DNA from: Planctomycetota bacterium
GTDB taxonomy: Bacteria > Planctomycetota > UBA8108 > SXIK01
DNA length: 64,000 nt
NCBI GenBank assembly: GCA_965223845.1
Contig: CBDCXR010000004.1
Coordinates: 1,024,001 to 1,088,000, forward strand
Direction: 5' to 3'
This document shows positions 50,539 through 60,605 of this stretch, in pieces. Position 1 is the stretch's first letter, and each line of letters starts with the position of its first letter. The position numbers were made by a program, and so were the translations under genes. Under the pieces are notes generated by a model, which was not told the DNA's origin, did no database searches, and was given only the letters and a program-made list of their open reading frames with translations.

Positions 50539-52074
50539 ATGATCCATCCGCCCCTCGATACGATCTTCGCGGTGAGCTCGAGCCGTGGCTCGTCCGCGGC
50601 CGCCGTCGTTCGCCTGAGCGGTCCGAGTGCGGTGATCGTCGTCGCTCGGTGCGTCGCGCGAGCGACGGCTCGCCAGCTCACCGAGAGCGCCGGGTATCAC
50701 GGCATCGCGGTCCGCCTCCAAACGGGCGTGGGCGACGTGCCGGTTTGGGCGACGGTCTTTCGCCCACCGCGATCCTACACCGGCGAGGAGAGCGTCGAGC
50801 TGGCGGTCTGCGGGGGAGCCGTCGTCGTGCGTGCGGTCGCGGCGGCACTCTTCGCTGCGCATCGGGCCGATTCGCGCGAACGGATCGGCGGCGCTGGAGT
50901 GCTGCGGTGGGCGCGCGCGGGAGAGTTCACCGAGCGGGCGTTTCTTTCGGGCCGCATCGATCTCTCCCAGGCCGAAGCCGTCGCCGCTCTCATCGCCGCG
51001 AGCGGAGAGGGGGAGCTCGAATCTGCACGGCGATCCCTCCGCGGCGAGTTGCGCGCCGAGATCGATCGCATCGCGGAGCGCGTCGTCGAGACGACCGGGC
51101 TTCTCGAAGCCGCGCTCGATTTTCCCGACGAGAACCTCCCGAGCGTCGCGCCGGAGGTCCTCGCGGAGCGCATCGCGGAGATCGCGGGGCGGTTGGAAAA
51201 TCTCCGATCGCAGTGCGCGCTTCGTACCTCGGCCGACGGGACCTACCGAGTCGTCGTCGCCGGCTTCCCGAACGCCGGAAAGTCGAGTCTCCTCAATGCG
51301 ATCGCGGGAAGGGACGTCGCGATCGCTACGGAGACCGCCGGAACGACTCGGGATCCGGTGCGGACGACGACGCGAATCGGTGACGTCGCGGTCGAGTGGA
51401 TCGATCTCGCCGGCGTTCGATCCGTCGCGAACCTCATCGGCAGCGAGTCGGGACCCGACCGAGACCTAGCGCTGGGGCTCGACTGGGAACAGACATTCGG
51501 GGAGGCGAATCCCTCGTCGAGCGAGACGTACGGTGACTCGGAGCGGGACGCTTCACTCTGGCGTGTCGTATCGCGGCTCACGCGCGTCGAGCTCGGGAGC
51601 GCCGATCTCGTTCTCTGGGTGGTCGACGGATCGGCGGCGGACGCGGACGCTCAGGCCCGGGAGATCGACTCCCTTCCCGGCGCGGCAGCACTCGTGATCC
51701 AGAAGGCCGACCTTCTGCCCAGCGGGGCGCGGGAGCGCTGGCGGGAAGCCGGCGCCGCGGTCGTCTCCGCTCGGACCGGCGAGGGAATCGCGCGGCTTCT
51801 CGAACGCGCCCGAGCGGCGCTCGCGGGAGGCGGACCGGACGCGCCGGACCGAGAGCCGCCGCGGTTTCTCCTCAGCGTCCACCAAGAGGCGGTGTTCGAG
51901 CTCGCGGCCGAGGCGATCGATCGGGCCCGTCTCGCGCTCGAGGGCGAGCTCGGGTACGAGCTCGTGGCGGCCGACCTCCGGGACGCGCGGGCGGCGTTCG
52001 ACGACTGCACCGGGAGGGCCACCGCCGACGCGATCCTCGATCACGTCTTCTCCCGGTTTTGCGTTGGCAAGTGA
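50539..52074 (+). CDS. mnmE: tRNA modification GTPase MnmE (TrmE)
   Basis: DTIFA, RLSGP, SYTGE, GEFTERAFLSGRIDLSQAEAV, GFPNAGKSS, GTTRD, C-terminal FCVGK. Confidence 0.92.
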   Translation: MIHPPLDTIFAVSSSRGSSAAAVVRLSGPSAVIVVARCVARATARQLTESAGYHGIAVRLQTGVGDVPVWATVFRPPRSYTGEESVELAVCGGAVVVRAVAAALFAAHRADSRERIGGAGVLRWARAGEFTERAFLSGRIDLSQAEAVAALIAASGEGELESARRSLRGELRAEIDRIAERVVETTGLLEAALDFPDENLPSVAPEVLAERIAEIAGRLENLRSQCALRTSADGTYRVVVAGFPNAGKSSLLNAIAGRDVAIATETAGTTRDPVRTTTRIGDVAVEWIDLAGVRSVANLIGSESGPDRDLALGLDWEQTFGEANPSSSETYGDSERDASLWRVVSRLTRVELGSADLVLWVVDGSAADADAQAREIDSLPGAAALVIQKADLLPSGARERWREAGAAVVSARTGEGIARLLERARAALAGGGPDAPDREPPRFLLSVHQEAVFELAAEAIDRARLALEGELGYELVAADLRDARAAFDDCTGRATADAILDHVFSRFCVGK

Positions 52075-52271
52075 CCCGGCGGCCGTTACGATTCTGCTAA
52101 CTCTTTAAGAATCTTGATCTTCGGGCGGATCGGGAGGATGTTCGGATCGCTGGTCGGGGGAGGGGACGGGCGCGTGTTACCGGGCCTTTCCTCCGCCGGA
52201 CCTGGAGCGACCGGGCGTGGTGCCTCCCCGTCCGTGCGGATCGAGGGTGCTGGGCGACGGAGGGTGGACCC

Positions 52272-52820
52272 GTGCGCTGCCCGTACTGCAAGACCGACGA
52301 TGATCGTGTGATCGACAGCCGCTCGATCGGCGAGGGAGCGACAATTCGGCGGAGACGCGAGTGTCTCAGCTGCGAGAAGCGCTTCACGACGTACGAGCGG
52401 ACGGAGGTGGCGCCGCTTCGGGTGGTGAAGAAAGACGGCAGCTTCGAGTCGTTCGATCGCGACAAGATTCTGCGTGGAGTGACGAGGGCGTGCGAGAAGC
52501 GCAATCTGTCGCTCGCGCAGCTCGAGGGGTCGGTCTCGCGGATCGAGGCCCGCATCCTCGAGAAGTGCGACATCGAGGTGAGCACGAAGCAGATCGGTGA
52601 GATCGTGAGCGAGGAGCTCCGCGATCTCGACCACGTCGCCTACGTTCGCTTCGCGTCGGTGTACCGGGAGTTCAAAGACATCGAGCAGTTCCTCCAGGAG
52701 ATTCTTGCGGTAGCGCGGCCGGAGCTCGTCGAGCCGCTCCGCAAGGAGATCTCGGGGAACGCGGAGGGGAAGGGGCGCGATCGAAAGCGCGGGGGCGAGG
52801 AGGCCCTCGCGCGGAACTGA
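52272..52820 (+). CDS. nrdR: Transcriptional repressor NrdR
   Basis: MRCPYC, VIDSR, IRRRRECLSC..RFTTYE, VAYVRFASVY. Confidence 0.97.
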   Translation: MRCPYCKTDDDRVIDSRSIGEGATIRRRRECLSCEKRFTTYERTEVAPLRVVKKDGSFESFDRDKILRGVTRACEKRNLSLAQLEGSVSRIEARILEKCDIEVSTKQIGEIVSEELRDLDHVAYVRFASVYREFKDIEQFLQEILAVARPELVEPLRKEISGNAEGKGRDRKRGGEEALARN

Positions 52821-53017
52821 AACGAAGAGAAACGTCGCCACGCCGGCGGCGAGTGAAGGGATCGTTGAGGGTGAAGAGCGCCTGGTGAATGCACCGGGCG
52901 AAGCGACTCCGGTGGGCGGCGCCCGCCGGCGAAAACGAAAAGAAGTGACCGGTGCGCGGCACGTCCGGAGGAGTTCGGCGAATGCTAGCGCGCTCAGTGA
53001 CGTTCCGTGAGACGACT

Positions 53018-56000
53018 ATGTACTTGAAACGCCTGGAGCTCTTCGGCTTCAAGTCTTTCGCTGACCGCACCGAATTCCACTTCCGCGACGGGACCACCGG
53101 TATCGTCGGACCGAACGGTTGTGGCAAGTCGAACGTCGTCGATGCGTTCAAGTGGATCTTCGGCGAGCAGTCCGCGAAGGGGCTGCGGGGCTCGGAGATG
53201 AAGGACGTCATCTTCAACGGCACCCAACACCGCAAACCCGCGGGCTTCGCCGAGGTGTCCGTCGTCTTCGACAACACCAATCGCTTCCTCGACATCGAGT
53301 TCGCCGAAGTCGCGATCACGCGCCGGCTCTACCGGAGCGGCGAGAGCGAGTACCTGATCAACAAGGAGAAGTGTCGGCTCCGCGACATCAAGGAGCTGAT
53401 CATGGACACCGGGATCGGGCGCACGTCGTACTCGATCCTCGAGCAGGGCCGGATCGACGTTCTCCTCCAGGCGAGCCACTACGATCGGCGCATCATCTTC
53501 GAAGAGGCCGCCGGGATTTCGAAGTACCGCGCGAAGAAAGCGGAAACCCTGCGCGCGCTCGCACGAGTCGAGGACAACCTCACCCGTCTCACGGACATCA
53601 TCGAAGAGGTCGAGAAGCGCGTTCAGAGGCTGAAGCAGCAGGCGAGCAAGGCGCGCCGATTCCGGCGACTCACGTCCCGGCTCAAGGAACTTCGCGTGCG
53701 GGGAGCGGTCGCCGACTACCGCGATTCCCTCGAGGCGCGGGTCGCGCTCGCGTTTCGGCTCCACTGGGCTCAATTCCAAACCGACCGACTGGAGCGAGTG
53801 CTCGCGGCGCTCGGCGATAAGCTCGCCGAGAGGTTGGCCGACCGTGAGGCGATCGCGTCGCGATTGCGCGAGCAGCGAGAGAAGCTCGCCGAGGGGCAGG
53901 TGCTGCTCGAGCGGACGCTCCAGCGCATCGAGCACGGCGAAGAGCGGCTGAAGGAGTGCGAGGAGCAGCGGGCGCGCCGCGAGCATGAGAGCGTCGAGGT
54001 GCGCGAGGCCCTCCTCCGGCTCGGTGAGCAGATCGCCTCGGAGAGGGTTCAGCTCGAGAGTGTCAGCGGCGAGATCGAAGCGGGGCGGCAAGCGCTTGAG
54101 GCACGCGCTGCCGAGCGGGAGTCCGCGCGTCTCGAGAGTGACCGCACGCAGCAGGCACTCCGGGAAGAAAAGGACTCGCTGGTCGAGCTCCTTCAGAAGC
54201 GCTCGCGCGTCGCGAACGTCGTCGTGCAGATGACCTCGGAAATCGAAGGACTCGAAGCGCGCTCGATGCGGCTGCGTTCGAGTCTCGAGCGAGTCGCCGC
54301 CGACCTCGACGCTCAGAACGAGAAGCAGGACGCAGAGACTAAGCGGCTCGAGGGACACCGCGAGACGCTCCGCGAGCTCGAGACGGAACGTCAGGCGGAG
54401 GAAGAAAAGCTCTGCGCGCTCCGCGAGACGGAGAGCGAGCTCGAGGCTCGACTCGAAGCGACGCTTACGGAACTCCATCAGAAGCAGTCGAGATTCGAGC
54501 TTCTCGAGACGCTCGAAACGAACCTCGAAGGCGTCGGCCGGGGCGTTCGCGAGATCCTCCAGCGCGAGGCCGAGAGCGAACTGGCGCGAACCCACGGACT
54601 TCTCGCTTCCGTCGTTCGCACCGAGCGTCCGTACGCGAAGGCGGTCGAGGCGGTTCTGGGAGCTCGCGCGCAGGCGCTCGTCGTCGAGACGCAGGACGGC
54701 GCGATCGAGCTACTCGACGCTGTGCGCACGGAGGAACTCGGCGCGGTCGAAGTGATCTGTCTCGATCGTGTCGACATCGAGAGGTGGGGGCGGTACGCGC
54801 CTCACGAGGGCGTGCGGGGACCGCTCCGCGACTTCGTGAGCGGTCCGCCGTTCTTGAGCGAGCTCCTCGATCGACTCCTCGCGAACGTTCTCCTCGTCGA
54901 CGACTTCGCGACGGCGCTGAGCCTTTCGCGAAACGGCCTCCGACCGTTTCGACTCGTGACGCCGAAGGGCGAGGTGATCGAGCCCTGGGGCGCGCTGGCG
55001 ATCGGCGGCGAGAAGGATCTCGGCTTGATCTCACGGCGAAGTGAGATGGACGAGCTCGCGGTCGCCGTCGACGAGCTCCAGCGCTCCGAGGGCGAGATGC
55101 GCGATCGCCTCGGCGCTGCGCGCCACTCGATCCACGAACGACGCCTCGCCCTCGACGCGATCGGGGAGCGGGTCGCCGTGACATCGCGTTCGATCGTTCA
55201 GTGCGAGGAGAAGCTGACGGCCGGGGCGCGCGACCTCGAGCGGCTCGCGCGTGAGCACGCGATCGGTACGAAGGAACTCGACGAGCTCGCGCGGGACATC
55301 GCCGCCCGAACCGGCGAGAAGGCGGAGCGCGAGAAGGAGCTCGGCGACGTCGACAAGGACGTTTCCGCGTGCGAGCGGTCGATTCGAGAGTCGGAAGACG
55401 CGGTAGCGCGCGCACTCGAGGCGGTACAGGTGAGCGAGGAGACGCTCACGCAGGCGCGGCTCGGCGTCGCCCAGGCCGAGCGGCGCGAGGAGGGCCTGCG
55501 CGAACTGCTGCGACGACAGGAAGCCAACCTCGCCGAGCGCGAGGAGACGCTCGTTTCTCTAGGCGCCGCGATCGACGAGGAAGAGTCGCGACGGAACTCG
55601 ACCGAGGAGGAGCTCGAGGCGGCACGCGGGGAGCTCGAACTCGTCGAACAGCGAGTCGTCGCTCTCAGAGAGCTCGTCGAAGTAGACGAGGGTACGGACC
55701 GCGAGCTCGGCGCACTCGAGCAAACCTATCGCGACGAGATCGAGGAAGTGCGCCGCGAAAAGGAGCGCGTGCACGAGGAGCGGGAGGCGGCGCAGCTCCG
55801 CGACCAGGAGGAGCGGCACCGGCGAAACACGACCCTCGAGCGTCTCGACGAGGAGTACGGCATCGATCTCGTCGAGCTCCTCCGGTGGGAACCAGCCATC
55901 CGGCGTCACGTCGCGGAGCTCGAAGCCCGGGACGCGTCTCGGGAAATCGGCCCCGACGTCGAAGACGAGCCTCGTTCCGTCGGTACCGACTCCGGGACCC

Positions 56001-56860
56001 CGGCGGCCGCTGCCGGCGTGGAGGTCGAGGCGACTCCATCGGGCGAGGCCGACGCGAGCGACGACGCGTCCGCGCCGGCGGAGACGAGCGACGACGCCGC
56101 GCTCGCGCTCCCGCCCGGAATGCCCGAGGAGGCGCGGTGGCTTCTCCCCGACCCGGAGTGGGACCGTCAGGCCGCGCGCTCCGAAACGCGGGAGATTCAG
56201 GAGCGCGTTCGCCGAATGGGAAGCGTGAACCTCGCGGCCCTCGAGGAGCTCGAGGAGCTCGAGGAGCGCTATCGCTTCCAGAAGGCTCAGCGCGACGACC
56301 TCGAGGAGAGCGAACGCAACCTGCGCGGGATCATCGACGAGATCAATCAAACCAGCCGCGAGCTCTTCCTTCGTTCCTTCGAGGACGTGCGGAAGCACTT
56401 CGCCGAGCTCTTTCGCAAATGCTTCGGCGGAGGAAAGGCGGACCTCGTCCTCGAAGAGGGCGTCGACGTGCTCGACGCCGGAGTCGAGATCTTCGCCCGG
56501 CCGCCCGGGAAGAAATCGCTCTCACTCTCCCTCATGTCGGGAGGTGAGAAGACGATGACGACGATCGCTCTCCTCTTTGCGATCTTCAAATCTCGGCCCT
56601 GTCCATTCTGTATCCTCGACGAGGTCGACGCACCGCTCGACGAGGCGAACGTGCGGCGGTTCGTCGTTCTTCTTCGGCAGTTCGCGGACGAATCGCAGTT
56701 TATCGTCGTCACGCACAACAAGGCGACGATGGCCGAGACGGACATCCTCTACGGGGTGACGATGCAGGAGCTCGGCGTCTCGACGCGCGTGGCCGTCGAG
56801 CTCGAGTCGTTCGACGCGGAGCAGATGGAGCGCGAAGCAGCGAGAGTTCGCTCCTCCTAG
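53018..56860 (+). CDS. smc: Chromosome partition protein SMC
   Basis: GFKSFAD, Walker A GPNGCGKSN, hinge, coiled coils, signature MSGGE, Walker B LDEVDAPLD. Confidence 0.97.
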   Translation: MYLKRLELFGFKSFADRTEFHFRDGTTGIVGPNGCGKSNVVDAFKWIFGEQSAKGLRGSEMKDVIFNGTQHRKPAGFAEVSVVFDNTNRFLDIEFAEVAITRRLYRSGESEYLINKEKCRLRDIKELIMDTGIGRTSYSILEQGRIDVLLQASHYDRRIIFEEAAGISKYRAKKAETLRALARVEDNLTRLTDIIEEVEKRVQRLKQQASKARRFRRLTSRLKELRVRGAVADYRDSLEARVALAFRLHWAQFQTDRLERVLAALGDKLAERLADREAIASRLREQREKLAEGQVLLERTLQRIEHGEERLKECEEQRARREHESVEVREALLRLGEQIASERVQLESVSGEIEAGRQALEARAAERESARLESDRTQQALREEKDSLVELLQKRSRVANVVVQMTSEIEGLEARSMRLRSSLERVAADLDAQNEKQDAETKRLEGHRETLRELETERQAEEEKLCALRETESELEARLEATLTELHQKQSRFELLETLETNLEGVGRGVREILQREAESELARTHGLLASVVRTERPYAKAVEAVLGARAQALVVETQDGAIELLDAVRTEELGAVEVICLDRVDIERWGRYAPHEGVRGPLRDFVSGPPFLSELLDRLLANVLLVDDFATALSLSRNGLRPFRLVTPKGEVIEPWGALAIGGEKDLGLISRRSEMDELAVAVDELQRSEGEMRDRLGAARHSIHERRLALDAIGERVAVTSRSIVQCEEKLTAGARDLERLAREHAIGTKELDELARDIAARTGEKAEREKELGDVDKDVSACERSIRESEDAVARALEAVQVSEETLTQARLGVAQAERREEGLRELLRRQEANLAEREETLVSLGAAIDEEESRRNSTEEELEAARGELELVEQRVVALRELVEVDEGTDRELGALEQTYRDEIEEVRREKERVHEEREAAQLRDQEERHRRNTTLERLDEEYGIDLVELLRWEPAIRRHVAELEARDASREIGPDVEDEPRSVGTDSGTPAAAAGVEVEATPSGEADASDDASAPAETSDDAALALPPGMPEEARWLLPDPEWDRQAARSETREIQERVRRMGSVNLAALEELEELEERYRFQKAQRDDLEESERNLRGIIDEINQTSRELFLRSFEDVRKHFAELFRKCFGGGKADLVLEEGVDVLDAGVEIFARPPGKKSLSLSLMSGGEKTMTTIALLFAIFKSRPCPFCILDEVDAPLDEANVRRFVVLLRQFADESQFIVVTHNKATMAETDILYGVTMQELGVSTRVAVELESFDAEQMEREAARVRSS

Positions 56861-57139
56861 CGGTCCATCCAAGAGGGCTTCGAGTCGAGAGCCGACTCGA
56901 TCGGAGTCCGATCGACCGCGGCGGGTGCAGGCGCCTAGTGCGCATTCCCTGACTCCGAGACTTCGTACAAGTCTTGGACAAGGAACGCTCGGCGTACGGG
57001 TTCGAAGCCTGAACGAATCGGGGCAGCGCGGCGTCCATCTCCAAGCCCGGACACGAGATGACTCGACGCCGGACGCCGCTCGCAGCGGACGACGTTCCGA
57101 TTCCGTTCGACGCTGCGTATGAAGAAGCACTCCCTTCGT

Positions 57140-57169
57140 TTGGCGCGTCTCGCGAAGCGATCCTATACT
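57140..57169 (+). promoter_or_regulatory. Possible sigma70 promoter for the pentapeptide-repeat gene
   Basis: TTGGCG, 18 bp, TATACT. Confidence 0.35.
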
Positions 57170-57267
57170 TCTCCGCGTCTGCCTCGACGCAACGGGCGGC
57201 CTCGGGTCGCTCGAACGGGTGACCCTGGAATGTGGAGGGGGCTCCTCACTTCTCAGGGGAAACTCGA

Positions 57268-59493
57268 ATGGCAGAATTGACGCGGGAAGGCGTGCTCCAG
57301 GCCGTCTCCCAGGGGAAAACTCTGCGCGGATTCAATCTGCGTGGGCTCGATTTGGGTCACACGCGACTCGCGAACGCCAATCTAGAGAGTGTCGATCTTT
57401 CGGGAGCGAATCTTCAGGGTACGGATCTCTCCGGCGCGAATCTCTGCGGCGCGAACTTGAAGGGAGTGGACGCAGTCGGCGCAAACTTCGCCGGCGCGAG
57501 CGTCGATCTCGCGAACTTCGATCACGCCGAGCTGCGGCAGTGCGACCTTCGCCGCGTGAGTTTCGATTCGGCTCAGATCGTCGCCTGCGACTTTACCGAA
57601 GCGAACCTCTTCCGAGCGAAGTTCGTCGAGAACGACCTCAACGGCTCTGTTTTCGCGTCCTCGAATCTCGGCGGTGCCTCGTTCTCGAACTGCAACTGTG
57701 CCGGCGTGTTTTTCGCCGGCGCTCAGATGGTGAATACCGCCTTTCGCTACGTCGACTTGAGCGAGGCGGACTTTTCGCAGGCCCTACTTCGCCACACGAA
57801 GTTTCATTCGACCTCGATTCGCGGCGTTCGTTTCCACGGCGCAAAGTTCGTCGACTTCGACTTCAGTCGTATCGACCTCGAAGGCGTGGACTTCGCCGGC
57901 GCTGATCTCAGCGGAGCGACCTTTCTCGAAGGCTCCGTGCGCGGCGCGAGCTTCGAAGGAGCCAATCTCTCCCGGGTGAACCTCGAAGGCATGGACCTCC
58001 GCAAGATGAACTTTCGCGGGGTCGTTCTCTGCCGAGCCAATCTCGCGGGCGCCAATCTCGCGGAAGCGAACCTCGACCAGACTCGTCTCTCGCAGACGAA
58101 CTTCGCCGCCGCCGATCTTACCGGCGCAACGTTCCGTCAGGCGACTGGCAGCGGCGCGACGCTGCGCGGGGCGACGATCCGAGAAGCCGACTTCTCGCAG
58201 GCCGAGCTCGCTCACACCAGCTTTTTCGAAGCCACCGTCGAGGGGGCGAAATTCGACGAGTGCCGCATGGAGAACGCGAACTTCAACTCGGCGACGCTCT
58301 CCGATGTCGCCTTCTCACGCAGCGTCCTTCCGTGCTCCACGTACCTAGACACGCGGTTCGAGAACGCCAACTTTCCGAGCGCGATTCTCGAACGCGGCAC
58401 CTTCCGCGCGACGGTGTTCCAGCACTGCGCATTCGTCGGGACGGAGTTCCGACGTTCGCTGATGGAGGGGATTCGGTTCGAGAACCTCAATCACGAGCGC
58501 GCCGACTTCTACCGCGCGAATCTCACCGACGTCGTGTTTCGGTCCGGTCGACTCGAGGCGGCGAACTTCGACGCCGTCGACTGCCGAGACTGTCGCTTCG
58601 AGTCGGTGCAGATGAACGACGCGCACCTCGTCGCGAGCCGATTCACGAACGTTCGCTTCGACGACGTCTCTTTCCACGGCTCGCTCATCAAGGACAGCGG
58701 CTTTCGCGACTGTCGCCTGAAGTCCTGTGACTTCGGCGGAGTCGACCCGCAGGATCTGGAGTCTTGCGAGGGACTCGACAAGAACAGCTTCGTCGACTGT
58801 TCATTTACGGAGGAAACCGAGAGCGCGCGGGACATCGAAGAGAATACGACGATCCACATCCCGATCACGCCGAAAGATCTCGAGAGCCTCGAGTCGCTCT
58901 CGGCGCCCACCGCGCTGGATCCGTCCGAACAGTGCGCACAAACGCTCGTTCTCGATGGCGGGCCGTCGACCGAGCTCGAGATTCGATTCGAGTATCTGTT
59001 CCTCACCGCGGACGAGCTCGCCCGTTTCCTGCTCGGTGTCGAGCGACTCTACAACCGCGTGCTCCAGGAGATGCGAGACCTCGAGAGCAGCGACGTGCTT
59101 CCGGCGGAAGACCGCCTTCACGTGAAGCGCGTCTCCATCGAAGACGACGCGAGCTTCGTCTTTCGCGGAGTCGCCGGACCGCCGGGATCGGACTCGGTCC
59201 TCGAAGTCATCCGCGCGCTCTGGGAGACCGGTGGGGGGGCCGAGATCGAATCTTGCTTCAAGTCTCTCCACGCGGCGAGTGATGGCGACCCGCTGAATGC
59301 TCGCACCGAAGGAGCGGACGCTTCGCCTTCGGGCGAGCGCGTCGAGGAGCTTCGAGGGGAGCTCGAGAAACGCTGCGCCGAGCTTCTTCCGACCGCCACC
59401 ACAGACGGGGTTGAGGGAGTGGTCGACCTCTGTCTCCAGTTGCCGCGCGAGATCTTTCATCGCCGGCATCTCTGGAATCTCACTACGGCGTAA
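57268..59493 (+). CDS. Long pentapeptide-repeat protein with unknown C-terminal domain
   Basis: About 490 aa of A(D/N)(L/F)xx repeats followed by a non-repetitive acidic domain. Confidence 0.9.
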   Translation: MAELTREGVLQAVSQGKTLRGFNLRGLDLGHTRLANANLESVDLSGANLQGTDLSGANLCGANLKGVDAVGANFAGASVDLANFDHAELRQCDLRRVSFDSAQIVACDFTEANLFRAKFVENDLNGSVFASSNLGGASFSNCNCAGVFFAGAQMVNTAFRYVDLSEADFSQALLRHTKFHSTSIRGVRFHGAKFVDFDFSRIDLEGVDFAGADLSGATFLEGSVRGASFEGANLSRVNLEGMDLRKMNFRGVVLCRANLAGANLAEANLDQTRLSQTNFAAADLTGATFRQATGSGATLRGATIREADFSQAELAHTSFFEATVEGAKFDECRMENANFNSATLSDVAFSRSVLPCSTYLDTRFENANFPSAILERGTFRATVFQHCAFVGTEFRRSLMEGIRFENLNHERADFYRANLTDVVFRSGRLEAANFDAVDCRDCRFESVQMNDAHLVASRFTNVRFDDVSFHGSLIKDSGFRDCRLKSCDFGGVDPQDLESCEGLDKNSFVDCSFTEETESARDIEENTTIHIPITPKDLESLESLSAPTALDPSEQCAQTLVLDGGPSTELEIRFEYLFLTADELARFLLGVERLYNRVLQEMRDLESSDVLPAEDRLHVKRVSIEDDASFVFRGVAGPPGSDSVLEVIRALWETGGGAEIESCFKSLHAASDGDPLNARTEGADASPSGERVEELRGELEKRCAELLPTATTDGVEGVVDLCLQLPREIFHRRHLWNLTTA

Positions 59494-59541
59494 GGAAGCG
59501 CAGTCGCGCGCAGGCCGAGTTGCAATCGGCGCGAAAGAGGG

Positions 59542-60486
59542 ATGAGAGAGGGAAGGATGTTGGAGTCTGAAGTGGTTCCCGTCGAGATCTTGGGTGTGAG
59601 CCAGACGGCCGCGGAGACACGCGAGTTCATCGCGCGAGTCGCGGGCGACCGGCGCCCCGTTCTCCTCTTCGGAGAGCTCGGCACGGGGAAACAACTCGCC
59701 GCGCAGGCGATCCACGAGCGTGGCGGACGTGATCGACCTCTCCTCGTCATCGACTGCTCGCTCTACTACGAGCGGGAGCTCCAACGCGAGCTCTTCGGGT
59801 ACGGCGGCAGCGACGGCAAGGAACGGAAGGGGGTTCTCGAGTACGCCTCGGGGGGGACGTGTTTCCTCTCGCGGATCGAGGAGTTGACTCCGGCGCTCCA
59901 GCGACGCCTGGTCGAGTTCGTCCGCACGGGGAGTTTCCGTCGACTTGGCGACGAGCGGAAGATCCGATCGACGGCGAGGCTCATCGCCGCAACCGAGAAG
60001 AACCTCGACGGGTTCGTGCGCTCGGGTCTCGTCAGCGGTGAGTTCTACGAGGTGATTTCAGAGAACCGCTACGAGTTGACGCCGCTTCGGAAGCGCCGGG
60101 AGGACATCCCTCTAGTCGTCGAAGCACTTGCCGCCAAGTTCGGCTCCTCGCGCGATCCGATCTCGTTCACGCCCGAGGCCATCGAGGCACTTCAGTACTA
60201 TCCTTGGCCGGCGAACCTCGACGAGCTGTGCCGCGAAGTTCAGCGTCTCGTCGAAGCGGGACTGCAGTCCGTCGGGAGCGAGCACCTCGCGATGGAAATC
60301 TCGAGCTACTGGTTCGGGCAACGCGGCGATCAAGAGACGCGCAAGGTGATCGAAGAGCTCGACGGCTACATTCGGGAGTTCGTGATCCTGAGTCGCTTGG
60401 GCTGCGAGTTCGGCGACGAGACGCAAGAGGACGGCTTCGGCTTGTCGAACGACTCGGATCGAAATCTCTACGACGAAGAATTCTGA
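59542..60486 (+). CDS. Degenerate sigma54-activator-like AAA+ protein (no GAFTGA, no clear HTH)
   Basis: GELGTGK, ELFGY, GGTCFLSRIEE, RLIAAT, PLRKRREDI, YPWPAN. Confidence 0.8.
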   Translation: MREGRMLESEVVPVEILGVSQTAAETREFIARVAGDRRPVLLFGELGTGKQLAAQAIHERGGRDRPLLVIDCSLYYERELQRELFGYGGSDGKERKGVLEYASGGTCFLSRIEELTPALQRRLVEFVRTGSFRRLGDERKIRSTARLIAATEKNLDGFVRSGLVSGEFYEVISENRYELTPLRKRREDIPLVVEALAAKFGSSRDPISFTPEAIEALQYYPWPANLDELCREVQRLVEAGLQSVGSEHLAMEISSYWFGQRGDQETRKVIEELDGYIREFVILSRLGCEFGDETQEDGFGLSNDSDRNLYDEEF

Positions 60487-60605
60487 CCGCGCAAAGCCTG
60501 CGCGAAAACGGGGGGCGGAAATCGAGTTTCTCAAGCTTCATCCCATTCGACTCTGATATTTCCCGTGACGTCCGGAGCGGGGTGACGGACGCCGGAAAGG
60601 AACTT

